A stretch of 64,000 nucleotides of DNA from Octopus vulgaris (GCA_951406725.2 OX597816.1:9610001-9674000), one strand, 5' to 3'; counted from the stretch's first letter, positions 1 to 12,290 are shown. Made by a program: numbers and translations. The notes: generated by a model from the sequence alone, not told the origin.

Positions 1-168
1 TTTTCATAAGTTCTGAATTAAAATCTTTCACGAAACCTTAGTCACAATTTATGTTCCTAACACTAGCTTAATGGTAACTAAGTTATTTTACTAAATACTT
101 TGTTGTATTTAAAGTAATTGAAAGAAATACAGAACATCTCAAAATAAATACGGTAACGGAAAGGTTAA
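1..168 (-). mobile_element. Partial TTAA-flanked (piggyBac-like) MITE, family of 48568-48794
   Basis: Reverse complement matches the first ~165 nt of the 48568-48794 element; ends at ...gaaagg-TTAA (165-168); cut by the window edge. Confidence 0.8.
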
Positions 169-1183
169 ACATCAACTTATTTGTTGAAGTAAGCAAGACA
201 AGATTATTGAACTGGAACTGTAATGGACATTTCTCATTATATTTTGAGACAAGGACAAAACAAACTGGTTTGAAAAGTGAAAGACAAAATCACGATGGGT
301 AGAAAAATGTCATCAGTTAACAGTGAAAAACAGCCAAATAGAGGTAGATGATGATGATGATGATGACACACTTCATTTTTGCATTTGGTTTGCAAGATTA
401 TGTGAATTTGTGTGTTGCTTCAACAAGGTATATATATTAATCCTGGTCGTGTTGATTCATTGTTTTTCTCTTTGCCTTCGTAAAAAAGTATGTTACCATC
501 ATGGAGTAGTTAAAAGGAATCTTAACTCCTATTTCTAAAATTCGGTATGTGGTGAAGCAATTAGCTGAATTATAATTATGTTTATAATTATAAAATATTT
601 GTATAATTTTACCTATAAAGGTTATTTTAATGTACTTGGTGAAATTATTAATTAATTGATTGATTAATTAATTATTTTAATTAATAAATTTTACCCTTAT
701 ATTATTAATATGTATATATATACACACACACACACACACACGTTAAAACCTACTTTAAACATTGATAACTGAATAACAGGGAAACCAGTTATTAAAATGT
801 AACTTTCCTTTTGCAAAATCCTCTTCTGGTTACAACATGCATAAAAATTTATCTAGTAAAACTTTTTAGACAAAAACTCTTTTTATTTGAAAACTTTTCA
901 GTAATATATGATTCTCCCTCTTTTTTTTATACACATGTAAAACTCACCTTGTGAAAATATTCACCAATATTCTTACAGTTAAACTGTTATAGGAAAGCTT
1001 TTGTTATGTGAAAACATAATTCATATCTTTATTTTTATACATATAAATATATAACAAAAATATTTATCTCCTATGTTAAAAAATAAAACTTGTTTTATTC
1101 AAATATATACATTAAAATTTACTGCATTTTTTTATCCTTTTTTTATTTTTCTATATATGTGTGCATATGTGTGTGTGTGTGTA

Positions 1184-1815
1184 CACCAAACTATCTCTTC
1201 ATCAACCAGACTATCAGATGTCCCTAAACATTTCTGACCATTATGCACCTTCATTCTCCTCTTGGTTGTATACTTTTCTTCTGATTTAACTCATGTTGTT
1301 TGACTTATATTGTTGTCTCCACATATTTTGGTACATTTACTGAGTGTTATTTTTTCTCTCAAACCTCTTGAATGCCTTTCAACAATTGCACCTATTGTCT
1401 GTGAATCTTGCAACATGTCCAACTCAATGAAACATGCTTCCAGTATTCAGCCATCACAGCATTTACTCCACTCTGTTCTTGAATCATCTTATTTCAGATA
1501 TAATTCCCCACACATACACACTGACATTCCTAGCATGGACCATTCTATGGTCCACTTGAGCATACCTATTCGTTGATCTTCCATCTTTGAAGCAGTCCAC
1601 ATCTAACCTGTACAGGAAGAATGGTATTATTGCAGAAACTGGAATTCAAGGTCATGTTCAGTTTTGCTACATGCACATATTTAATTGAAGCAAACCCATT
1701 CCATTCTCCTTTTAATTTACATGCCATTTCAGTTTTCATGTCTCTGCATATATTTACTATCTGTTCTAAGTATATGTGCTCCTTCACCTTCCAAAATTTA
1801 TTGCTTCCCAACACT
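1184..1815 (-). mobile_element. Decayed RTE-clade LINE, ORF2 C-terminus plus 3' UTR
   Basis: Minus-strand translation (KVKEHIYLEQIVN...GEWNGFASIK...NNTILPV, then IEWSMLG and GHVARFTDNR in shifted frames) resembles the post-RT region of RTE elements; frameshifts and stops present. Confidence 0.75.
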
Positions 1816-2418
1816 GTTCAACCTTGTACTGTGTTTACAGACCATATGTAATTTGTTTTCATGCTGGCATGGGTTGGATAGCTCAATCTTTTCTGAGTTA
1901 TTTCTTATTGAGAGCCACTGTTCCCATAGACTGGTGCCTGTGTTCATTTGTTTTGTTTCTATAGCTGGGTACCCTTTCAATTGTCAAACATTTTACAGAA
2001 TATACACAGCATATAAATTACCAAAATGATAGAAGAATAAATTTTCAGTAATTTATCTACCAAAGTTTATTATATTACATCTATGTCTATATTACATAGG
2101 TGTCTATTTTATATGTGTGTCAATATGTGACCATCTATATATCTAAATCCTTTCCCAAACAAAGAAACACTTTATTGAAATGGCTCTGTGGAAGCTATAA
2201 GTTGGTACATGACTCTGGGTAAACAGTTCCTTATAGCAGTAACAGCTGTAAGCTAATGAAAGTGATTATACATCTGTTCTTCTGTCATTAACTTATTAAT
2301 ACATACACATTTACACATACATATACATGCAAATATATTTATCTATCTATCTATCTATCTATCCACACACACACACAGACACCTACGTATACAAACACGC
2401 ACTCATACATACATACAC

Positions 2419-2449
<31 letters not shown>

Positions 2450-2884
2450 TATGCATAAATGTGCATGCAGAAATAGATGTATGCATACATACAAATGTAC
2501 ATACATATCTAATTATGTACGTGATTTGCCGGAAATACTTGGGGTTATAACCTCAAAATTATTCTACAGGAAAATGAAATATATTTTCATTATTTGTATG
2601 TTGTTTTCAATATCACACATGATTTTATACAGTGAACTTATTCAGGTATCATACTATCTAGTGCTTCAAATAATTATGTACCCACATAAGCATGCATACA
2701 TACACACACTCAAAGACACACAAACATACTCATATTCTCTCTCTCCCTCTCACACTCTCTCTCTCTCTCACTATCTATCTTTCTATCTCTTTTTCTTTCT
2801 GTCTTTTGTTTCTCTTTTTCGCTCTCTCTCTCTCTCTCTCTCTCTCTCAAAAATAATTTCATATATGTATATGCATCTGATAAG

Positions 2885-2932
2885 AGTAACCGAGAGAAGG
2901 AGAAGAAAGGATGTAGCTGCATAATTTCGTAG
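2885..2932 (+). CDS. Candidate short terminal coding exon ending in a polybasic CAAX motif (SNREKEKKGCSCIIS*)
   Basis: First AG(AG) after a long pyrimidine tract (2883-2886); frame encodes KEKKGCSCIIS then TAG (2930-2932); AATAAA at 2978-2983. The acceptor context is weak and no upstream exon was identified. Confidence 0.35.
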   Translation, partial: SNREKEKKGCSCIIS

Positions 2933-5284
2933 AAATTGTAAAGAGCTTTGTATAAATGTTCAGTATTTAAAAAAAATAATAAAGCAGAGAAAATTTTAAT
3001 AAATGGAATAACACTGAATAGCAAAATGAAAATTAATTTAGTTATGACTCTAGAATTCTCTTGCTGGCATACGATGCAACTGTAACGACATCAAAAGACA
3101 TTAATATTTTCTGCAAAATAACTCATCATCAAAGAAAGAATTCTGTGCTAAGTGAAAGTTAACATCATAGAATGAAAACGCATTCTTATGTCAATTACTT
3201 CTATAAAATTTTGGGGGATTAAATAAACAAACCAACCTCTGATTTTTGTCTAAATATATCTGTGTTCCTGTATATAATTAGATGTCTAACTGTTGGTTAC
3301 TTTTCAATATTCACGTGTTTTAACAAATGTATGTATATGTGAAATGTGGTTTTTATGTGCACGTATTTTTATTCAGGTGAACTTTTGTGAGATTATGCAT
3401 GTGTGAATGCATTACCTGTGTGAATGTGTGTGTGTATGTGTGTACATATGTGTGTGTGTATGAGAGTTTATACACAAATAAAATTCTTGTTTTATTTGTG
3501 CATACGGGTATGCACCATGTGTATGTGTTACTTGAATGTAATAATGTGTTCATGTAAACTAATGTATGATCATGCTATCACATTCAAATGAACGTTTATG
3601 TTTTGTTTCATAGACAAACATATTTATGATATAAGTTCAGAAACATTTCTATGTATACATGTACACGTATTTAGGTAGTTATATAAAGTATCAACTACAT
3701 AGATGATTTTTTCTATATGATATTATATTCAATGTTAGTGTCTAAATGTCTCCATCTGCCTGTATCTATGCCTGTGGTAATATATGTGTGTGACTATGCG
3801 TAATATCAAACAAGTCTAAGTTTGAGTACATATTTTTTATGAGAAAATAATGTTTGTATTTTATGTGTGTTAAGTTGACTATTTATTACCCTGCAATATC
3901 TATACGTGTGCTGCATAAATAGGTGTATGAACCAAAGAGCTGTTTGTGGCAATGTATATTTGTATTTTTTGTATTCCTATATTTGTGTATCTGAATATTA
4001 TCACCTGATATACTTAGATGTCACTTCTTATGTGTATATTTGCTATGTGTATGCATGACTGAGTGCTTACACATGTTTCATTCATTGAGAATATAAATGT
4101 TTTCAAGAGAAAAATGTTATGGGAGGAGTTGCTTTTTTCTTTCCCTCCTCATCCTCCTGCAAATGCTGAAGCTTTTAATGGTATATCTATGTGTGTATTT
4201 CAGCTACGATTTATGTTTCTTTGCATTAATGTTTCAATTTTTTTAATCTCTATGTAAAGGAATAAATGTACTTATTTATGTGTGTCTGTCTGTGTGTTTT
4301 TAGATTGGAATATTGCTTACTATCCTAATACTGTTGCACATATATAACTTATATGTGACTAATATTAATCATGATGTTTCTGGTTTAAATTTTTTCTTGA
4401 AAAATACTAAGAGAGATTTTTAGATGAATGATACGTGTGTATATGTGTGAGTGTGTACAAAAGTGTGCTTGTGCATGTGTATGTCTGTGCATGTGTGTGT
4501 GCATGCATGTATTTTTACATCTATATCAGGATAAATTTCTACAAGGGATACCAAACAAACCATCTTTATCTGGATATATCTTCATCAATAACAACTCCCT
4601 ACTTTATTGGGTTATGATACCAGAAAGCTTGATTTAAAAAATGACTTAATAGATTCCATCAGGTGGTGCTATATCAGACATATATATTACTTCATTTATT
4701 TTTAATATATTTACAGAGATTATAATGAGAAAATGCAGATAATCACAAAAAGCATTAAAACTGCTGAATGGAAATTTTGTAATTTGCAAAAATTAGTTAA
4801 TGGCATATATTATGAACAATTTTCAAAAAATTCCTATCAAATGAAACAAACAAGATTTTATTCTAATTTCATGAAATATTAATGACATAAATTTCATGAT
4901 TTGTTTTGAGTGTTAGTGTTGCTTCATATAGAACCGTATATGTATTAACTGAAGTAAATCTACACTGGAATGATATACTGGATACAAATCTTCTCTGCTT
5001 ATTGAAGATTGATTATTCAAACCCCAACTGGGTATAGGTGAAAAAAAAACAAAACAAAACAAAAAAACTGCTATCAGCAAATTACATTTAAAATAGAAGC
5101 TACATATATTAAGTACTTAAAGCCAACTATTCCATGTTTGCATTGATGAGATGAAATTCTTTGAAAGAGATGTTCTATGGCCCATTGCATTTCCTGTTTT
5201 GTTGCCAATCCCACCTGTTTCCAAGTAAGGTACTGCTTCCTCTTGGTTGAACATATTTTCATGGAAATGAATTACACAACTTGC

Positions 5285-5503
5285 ATGATGGTAATGCATA
5301 CAGCTACAATTGGAGTCTGCCAAGGCAAGAACAAATAAGCACACACACACATATATGTATACAGGATGAGCTTCTTTCAATAACATCTACCAAATTCATT
5401 TATAAGGCCAGGGTTATAGTAGCAAACACTTGCCAAAGGTGACACACTGTGGAACTAAACCTTAAACCATATGGTTTGGGAAGTGATTTTCATGCTTATG
5501 CCT
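5285..5503 (-). mobile_element. Degenerate partial tRNA-head SINE (family A)
   Basis: Reverse-complement similarity to the 5' half of 21211-21616. Confidence 0.7.
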
Positions 5504-5602
5504 ATAATAAAGATATGGTAGCCAGTTAAAATGTTCAATCAGCTGTCTCTACCACAAGCTGACTGGTGCTGACCAATATCAATCTTGTCAATGATGTATA
5601 TA

Positions 5603-6015
5603 GGTGCAGGCATGGCTGTGTGGTAAGAAGCATGCTTCCCAACCACATGGTTCCGGGTTCAGTCCCACTGCATGGCACCTTGGGTAAGTGTCTTCTACTA
5701 TAGCCTTGGGCTGACCTTGTAAGTGGATTTGCAGGTGGAATAAGAAAGAAGCCAATGTGTATGTGTGTGTGTGTGTGTGTGTGTGTCTGTCTGTGTCTGT
5801 CTGTCTGTGTTTGTCCTTGCCACCATCAATTGACAACTGATGCTGGTGTGTCTACATCCCCATAACTTAGAGGTTCGGCAAAAAAGACTGATAGAATAAG
5901 TAAAAGGCTAACAAAGAATAAGTTCTGGGGTTGATTTCTTTGACTAACACCCTCTAAGGTGGTGTTCCAGTATGGCCACAGTCAAATGACTGAAACAAGT
6001 AAAAGAATAAAAGAA
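5603..6015 (+). mobile_element. tRNA-derived SINE family A, full length
   Basis: Pol III A-box-like tggctgtgtggtaag, B-box-like ggttcagtccc, CORE-like gcaccttgggtaagtgtctt, internal (TG)n, tail tgaaacaagtaaaagaataaaag; matches 21211-21616. Confidence 0.9.
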
Positions 6016-6045
6016 TTAATTGTTAATGATATATATATATTATAA

Positions 6046-6262
6046 GTCAGTGAGCCAGCAGAATCGTTAGCATGCCAGGAAAGATGCTTAGCTGCATTTT
6101 GTCCATCTTCACATTGCGAGTTCAAATTTTGCCAAGGTTGATCTGGTTTTCATCCCTTTTGGGGTCGATAAAATAAGTACCAGTAGAGCACTGAGGTTGA
6201 TGTAATCGACTTAACCCCTACCCCAGAGATTGCTGGCCTTGTGCCAAAATTTGGAACCAATG
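6046..6262 (+). mobile_element. tRNA-derived SINE family C
   Basis: Head gagccagcagaatcgttagc...gagttcaaatt and central tttcatccctttggggtcgataaaataagtacc, shared with 15495-15712 and 38050-38272. Confidence 0.85.
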
Positions 6263-6329
6263 ATGTGTGTGTATGAAAGTGTGTGTGTGTGTGTGTGTAT
6301 GAAAGTGTGTGTGTGTATGAAAGTGTATG

Positions 6330-6616
6330 GGCTGGTGGCTTTAGGTATGGCATTCACAGTTATGAGATCATGGTTTTGATTCCCAGACTGGGTGCTGCAT
6401 TGTGTTCTTGAGCAAAACACTTCATTTCACATTGCTTTCCAATCAATTCAATATCTGATGTATAGCACACATGTGCACCTGTACAGGCAGTGTCAAGCTG
6501 ATGGGGGGAGTGAGCATATGTGAACACAAATATTTGATCACTCTAAACAAAACATCTGTTCAGTTTGTTCGAGAAATTGTGCAACCCTTATCCATCACTG
6601 AATGATGGAAGAGTTT
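6330..6616 (+). mobile_element. Degenerate tRNA-derived SINE related to family D
   Basis: Head ggttttgattcccagactggg...ttgagcaaaacac and 3' end resemble the reverse complement of 34572-34940. Confidence 0.6.
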
Positions 6617-6647
6617 ATAAAATGTATGCATGTATCTCTCTCTCTCT

Positions 6648-7045
6648 CCGTTCGTGGCCATTGCCAGCCTCGCCTGGCCCTATGCCGGTGGCACGTAGCA
6701 CCATCCATTCGTGGCTGTTGCCAGCCTCGCCTGGCCCCCGTGCCGGTGGCACGTAAAAGCACCATCCGTTCATGGCCGTTGCCAGCCTCGCCTGGCCCCC
6801 ATGCCGGTGGCACGTAAAAAGCACCATCCATCGGTGGCCGTTTGCCAGCTCCGTCTGGCACCTGTGCGGGTGGCACGTAAAAAGCACCCACTACACTCAC
6901 TGAGTGGTTGGCGTTAGGAAGGGCATCCAGCTGTAGAAGCACTGCCAGATCAGACTGGGCCTGATGCAGCCTTCTAGCTTCACAGACCCCAGTTGAACCG
7001 TCCAACCCATGCTAGCATGGAAAGCGGACGCTAAATGATGATGAT
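6648..7045 (+). mobile_element. 5'-truncated RTE-LINE 3' UTR copy with four ~60-bp internal repeat units and (GAT)n tail
   Basis: Same 3' sequence (cactacactc...ttaggaagggcatccagctgtagaa...catgctagcatggaaa...gatgatgat) as the UTR attached to the RTE ORF remnant at 43191-44109. Confidence 0.9.
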
Positions 7046-7198
7046 ATGTTTGTTTTTATGTTCAGTTATAATACAAACAATTTTACATTACGCTGAGGGG
7101 TTACTCTACACTTTTGTAGGGTAAAAGTTTGTTCTTAAATAAGAATGTTGTTGACAGGGACTTCGAAGTTTCGGCCTGTTAAGCCATCTTTGGACTGT
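7046..7198 (-). mobile_element. Short element with a degenerate hammerhead motif (Penelope-like/retrozyme-like)
   Basis: Minus strand reads CCAAAGA-u-ggc/uuaacag/gcc-GAAAC-UUCGAA-GUC; the rest matches 56310-56468 (+); inverted partner at 7268-7340. Confidence 0.65.
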
Positions 7199-7267
7199 GA
7201 TGTATTAGAGTTAATCTTGGCTTTATATAGCCTTTGTTGAGTTAAGCTATGATGAATTCTAATGCAG

Positions 7268-7340
7268 TGCAGTCCAATGATAGCTTAACAGGCTGAAACT
7301 TTGAAGTAACAATCAACAACATTCTTGTTTAAGAATAAAC
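7268..7340 (+). mobile_element. Inverted partial copy of the 7046-7198 element with degenerate hammerhead
   Basis: CCAAUGA(7274-7280)-u-agc/uuaacag/gcu-GAAAC(7295-7299)-UUUGAA-GUA, followed by tcaacaacattcttgtttaagaataaac and then (CA)n. Confidence 0.6.
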
Positions 7341-7419
7341 ACACACACACACACACACACACATTAAAGATTTTGTATGAAACCAACAAGAAATCTTTTA
7401 TGTGGACGCTCGACGTACA

Positions 7420-7605
7420 AGAAATAGCAGCCAAATCTTTCAATGACATATTTGGTATACTAAGATGAGTCAGCATAATATGGGTATATTGGATAATGCA
7501 GGCTGAGATCAGACAGTGTCAGTAAGTAAGGCAGAATGGTCATGGCTGGATAACCCTTGATGAGAGGTATGCTTGATCAGAGCTAACCAGGGGTTAAACA
7601 ACAAT
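7420..7605 (+). repeat. Old dispersed repeat (SINE-like family E)
   Basis: Motifs gaaatagcagccaaatct and atggtcatggctgga...tgcttgatcagagctaacc...aaacaacaa recur at ~20470-20655 (+), ~48183-48395 (-) and ~51430-51545 (-). Confidence 0.6.
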
Positions 7606-8097
7606 ATTTGCTGTGACAATAACTATTGCTGCTGCCACCACCACCACCACCACCACCTTAACTTTTATAGGTAAATTATGACTGAAAAGTTTCAGTCTAC
7701 AGCACAAAGATGCAGCGCAGCTCCATTGATTCTGATACAAATTCATTGCTTTATTTCATCAGTGAGTGCACTAGAGAGAGGGAGAGAGAAGGAGAGAGAG
7801 AGAGAGAAGGAAGAAAAAGGAAGTTGTGAGTTGTTATACGAAGAACATTATTAGTAACATATGGAAAGTGTCTGCAATGTGTGAAGAAGTTGGTTCTCAT
7901 AAACGCTGATATACCACAACATCTGCTACAGTTAACAACAATAAAAGGAATGGAAATTGATTGAATTTGTTTGTGCAATAAAGTTGAGTTAGTTAGGCAG
8001 CTTTAGGCTATTACACTATGTGTGCAATGACATTAAATGTTTTAGATATCAAGTGCAAATCATTATTTCATTTTCGAATTAGAAGCAGAGATCATGT

Positions 8098-8187
8098 TTA
8101 ATCCTTTTGATACCAACCCACCTAAGACTGCTTCTGGTTCTATGATACAAATTTCCTGTTTTAGAGTGATCTGAACTGAAATCTTTT
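8098..8187 (-). mobile_element. Terminal fragment of the TTAA MITE family, cut by a SINE
   Basis: ttaatccttttgataccaacccacctaagactgcttctggttctatgatacaaa matches 46062-46130 and the reverse complement of the 48794/49050 ends. Confidence 0.65.
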
Positions 8188-8420
8188 ATCTTTTACTTGT
8201 TTGTCATTAGACTGCAACCATGTTGGAGCAATGCCTTGAAGAATTTTAGTCAAACAAATCAATTCCAGTACTTATAACTTTCTGTAAAGCCTGGTACATA
8301 TTCTATTGGTCTCTTTTGGTGAATTGCTAAATTGCAGAGATGCAAATACACCAACATCGGCTGCTAAGCAGTGGTGGAGGACAGGCACAAATGCAAAGAC
8401 ACACACACACACACACATAC
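8188..8420 (-). mobile_element. SINE family A, 3' half
   Basis: cttttacttgttt...cattagactgcaaccatgttggagca is the reverse complement of the family A tail. Confidence 0.8.
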
Positions 8421-8631
8421 ACAAGTGATATGGAATGGAGTAGATAAGATCCAGGCTACATCTGTTTCATAGCAAGTGGAACCTCAGAAGAAAAAAATCC
8501 ATAACTATCTGTCTTAATAAACCACTATTGTCCCTGAAAGTTGTTTTTTCATATCTACTACAGCTTGCTCGAAGCAAACTTGCTTCCTACACCTTGATCC
8601 CTGGATCTTAGATATATATATATATATATAT

Positions 8632-8922
8632 CATCATCATCATCATCATCATTTAGCATCCGTTTTCCATGCTAGCATGGGTTGGACGGTTTAACTGGGG
8701 TCTGTGAAGCCGGAAGGCTTCATCAGGCCCAGTCAGATTTGGCAGTGTTCCTACGGCTGGATGCCCTTCCTAACGCCAACCACTCCGTGAGTGTAGTGGG
8801 TGCTTTTTACGTGCCACCTGCTCAGGTGCCAGACAGAGCTGGCAAACGGCCACGAACGGATGGTGCTTTTACGTGCTACCGGCACGGGGGCCAGGCGAGG
8901 CTGGCAACGGACACGAACGGAT

Positions 8923-8925
<3 letters not shown>
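8632..8925 (-). mobile_element. RTE-LINE 3' UTR copy inside (TA)n
   Basis: Reverse complement of 6648-7045 type; (CAT)n at the left end. Confidence 0.9.
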
Positions 8926-8976
<51 letters not shown>

Positions 8977-9295
8977 TTCCTTTTCCTTTTTCTTTTCTGT
9001 TTCTTTCTTCTTTTTTTTTGTTTTTTTCTGAATAAATGAGATTTTGTACCAATGTAAATATATTTATATGAACCAAAAAGTGAATCCATAATAAAATAGG
9101 TGTTAAAGTTAAGAATTTGTGGTTTTAAGTACAAATTTACCAAAAAAGTGATTTGAGAAATGAGAAGCATAACAACATAGAAAGAAAAAGAAATGAGGCA
9201 TTCAGTTTTAAATTAGTTATTCTTTGGTCTTTATTCTTTATTCATATGTAATGTTTATCTATTAGTTACAGCTTAAAGCCCGTGACTGAATTTCA

Positions 9296-9598
9296 AAAAG
9301 CACCATCCATTCATGGCCATTGCCAGCCTCGCCTGGCCCCCATGCCGGTGGCACATAAAAAGCACCATCTGATCGTGGCCGTTTGCCAGACTCGTCTGGC
9401 ACCTGTGCTGGTGGCACGTAAAAAGCACCCACTACACTCATGGAGTGGTTGGCGTTAGGAAGGGCATCCAGCCGTAGAAACACTGCCAGATAAGACTGGG
9501 CCTGATGCAGCCTTCTGGCTTCCCAGACCCCAGTTGAACCGTCCAACCCATGCTAGCATGGAAAGCGGAGGCTAAACGATGATGATGATGATGATGAT
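9296..9598 (+). mobile_element. RTE-LINE 3' UTR copy
   Basis: Near-identical to 6760-7045; (GAT)n tail. Confidence 0.9.
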
Positions 9599-11510
9599 AT
9601 TCATACACAGGCTCACATATATAATTACGTATGCGTGCACACACAATATGTGCCTATACACACGCCTGCATGTGTGTGTGTGTGAGTCATTAGACCCAAA
9701 AACTGAATGTGACACTTTCAAGCCTCCAGTGCTGAAGAGCCCATGCTAAGATATTCCTTTCTTCCATTTCTGATGATTGCCAAATTTGGTTCTCAGCCTC
9801 TTGTATAAAACCAATTAGTAATTTGATTATTATGATATAATAATATTATATTATTATATCATTGTTTTTATTATTATCATTATTATTATCATTATCATCA
9901 AACACATACATACATACATACATACATACATACATACGTACGTACGTACATCATACATACATACATACATACATACATACATACATACATACATACGTGT
10001 GTGCTTGTAGACACACACACATGTAAATGGATTTGGTTCTAGAGAAAATTAGATTCTTTGCTAATGACAAAGATATTGAATAAGAACTGTCATAGAATAG
10101 AACTGAAATCAGATCACAGGAATCATTGAATTACTATGTAAGAAATTCAATAGGGATAATAATCATAAACAGAATATATACAGCCAAAGAACATATTATA
10201 TTAAATAGACATTTAGCATTGAAAATTAGTTTTAAGTATATTGGTATTGATTGCAGAAAAGCTGAGAAAGAAAATTACAAACTAGTTAGAAACAGAATTT
10301 TTACCAGTAAAAAATAATCTTCTAAAGAAGAAAAAAAAAAACATCTTTGTGCATTCATTCTATATCTAGGTTCCATCAAAGCTTCTTAATATAGTATTGC
10401 AGCAGATGTTTTGTTAACCATAATAGTAAACAAATAATATGTTCTCTAAAAATAGCATGTACTGATAATGAACAAAGAGTCTTATGGAAACAACACACAT
10501 ACATCTCATTTGCCCACATACCATACCAAACTAAAAATTAACATGAAGCAAAGATTAATTTTTATAGATATATTTATGCACTATATCTATGTATTATATT
10601 TATGCAATCTGCAATATTTTATCATTATTATATTTCAATGTGAAATTATCTTTTTTTTTAATCTCAATCCCATTCATATCTATAAACAATGCTGTTTCTT
10701 AATTTTTATGTCAATAACTTTTTAAGTCCATAAATAGCTTCTCTCACTCCTACTCACTTACCAAAGATTAACTGCCTAGAAGAATGGTAATTTCATAATC
10801 AAATATCATATTGTGTAGATGAAAACAAATATGATGTTGTCTAGAACTAAGTTTAAAAAGACAACATGGCAGGAGCTGATAAATTGATAATAAATTGAGA
10901 TACAGTTTATGATATACTAATTGGAATCAAATTAAATGGCCAGCTGTCCATTCATAGAAACGACGCTAATTATTATCACCACCATCACTCCAATATCTTC
11001 ATGGCCATGATACATCTACAGAACAACTTCTGTCAGTTTATTCAAACCACTTTCTTGTGAGCTATTCATTGAACTTACAGTACATTCAATGCTTACCAAA
11101 AGTGCATCATGATGTAATGCTGCTTCTATTACAGGATCTGAATGGCACTTGTTGAGCTAAGGTGTACTCCCTGAGGTTAAGAATCTTTTGGAAAATAACT
11201 CAAGTCCAGCTATGGTTCTAGCTTAGAGGCATTCAGCTGTTATTACTCAGAATCAAGGGTTTTTATTTAAAACTCTCGATTCAATAACATTGTGTATAAA
11301 CTCTATACTTGGAATGACCAATCTTAAATACTATTAGATTTTACTCATAAGGTATTAGAATCTTATATGTATACCATTCTGTCTGCCAAAAAAAAGATGG
11401 ATCTACAAATACAATATCCCTACATATCTCACATCTATTTTCTTTCCTCCACCTCACTATCTATTTTGTATCTTATCTAAATTAACTATTACTTAACCAT
11501 CCTCTCAGAC

Positions 11511-11560
11511 GATCTCTGATGAAGGAATATAATAAATATCCTGGAAACAGCTGTAAGACC
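11511..11560 (+). ncRNA. Minimal type I hammerhead ribozyme motif
   Basis: Stem I ucu/aga; CUGAUGA 11516-11522; stem II agg(a)auau/auauccu; one extra G; GAAAC 11544-11548; palindromic stem III ACAGCUGU; GUA triplet 11553-11555. The host segment ends at the TA/CATA array at ~11630. Confidence 0.7.
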
Positions 11561-11652
11561 TTTTATCTATAAATGTTCTATAATCTACGCAGCCTTGGTT
11601 TTTTTATCTCATTACGAAAAAATATTTTTATATACATACATACATACATACA

Positions 11653-11736
<84 letters not shown>

Positions 11737-12000
11737 ATATAGTGTTCTGCTAAATGATAAGAAAACTCATATTTCAAATAACAACTGTGACAAGCCAAAA
11801 AAAGATAATGCTTCCTGGTTAACCTGTTCTCTCTCTACTCAGGAACTATTAGATAACTTCATTTATGTGTTTGACAATGCTGCTAGACACAAGAAACTAT
11901 GTTCTAAAATGGAATCATAACACAGCAGTAACATTTTCAAAATATAATCACACTATATCAATAACCTGCAACCCTCACTCACTTCTTCAATATATTATAT

Positions 12001-12290
12001 AAGTTGTGAAGAACAATGTTTTATGTAAATGGTCTGTAACATCAGAAAATGTTAATGAAACAACTGTACTTAGTAAAAGCAAAATCTTTCTGAATATCGT
12101 ATACAAGTTGTATAGAACATCGTGTTACATAAATAGTCCATAACCTCAGAAAATGTTAATGGAACCTTAACAATTCTATTTGGTAAAAGCAAATTTCAAG
12201 GGAACTGCACTTGACAGAAATATCATGAAGTAACCATTTATTCAAATTTTCTGAATATAGACAATGTTTAAAAATAGTCAAACCTAGATT
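12001..12290. repeat. Diverged local tandem duplication, period ~104 bp
   Basis: aagttgt..agaaca...taac.tcagaaaatgttaatg...gtaaaagcaaa begins at 12001 and 12105; a partial third unit lies at ~12245-12290. Confidence 0.75.

Noticed and set aside
745-1060. Series of short hairpins followed by T-runs
   Set aside because: Stems of 5-7 bp in very AT-rich DNA are expected by chance; no consistent unit or ribozyme core.
4530-4661. AG...GT-bounded exon-like segment
   Set aside because: Stops in all three frames before the donor and no recognisable peptide.
6565-7005. Several 60-136 aa ORFs with repeated peptides, superficially like a repeat array or CRISPR
   Set aside because: They are the GC-rich tandem units of the RTE 3' UTR; no unique spacers, eukaryotic context, no cas genes.
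10762-10775. 14-nt minus-strand microexon candidates followed by GTAAGT (also 58568-58581)
   Set aside because: Weak acceptors and non-triplet length; expected by chance at this AT content.
10900-11280. Possible very old RT fragment on the minus strand
   Set aside because: Similarity to the QGSxLSP region is too faint to support.
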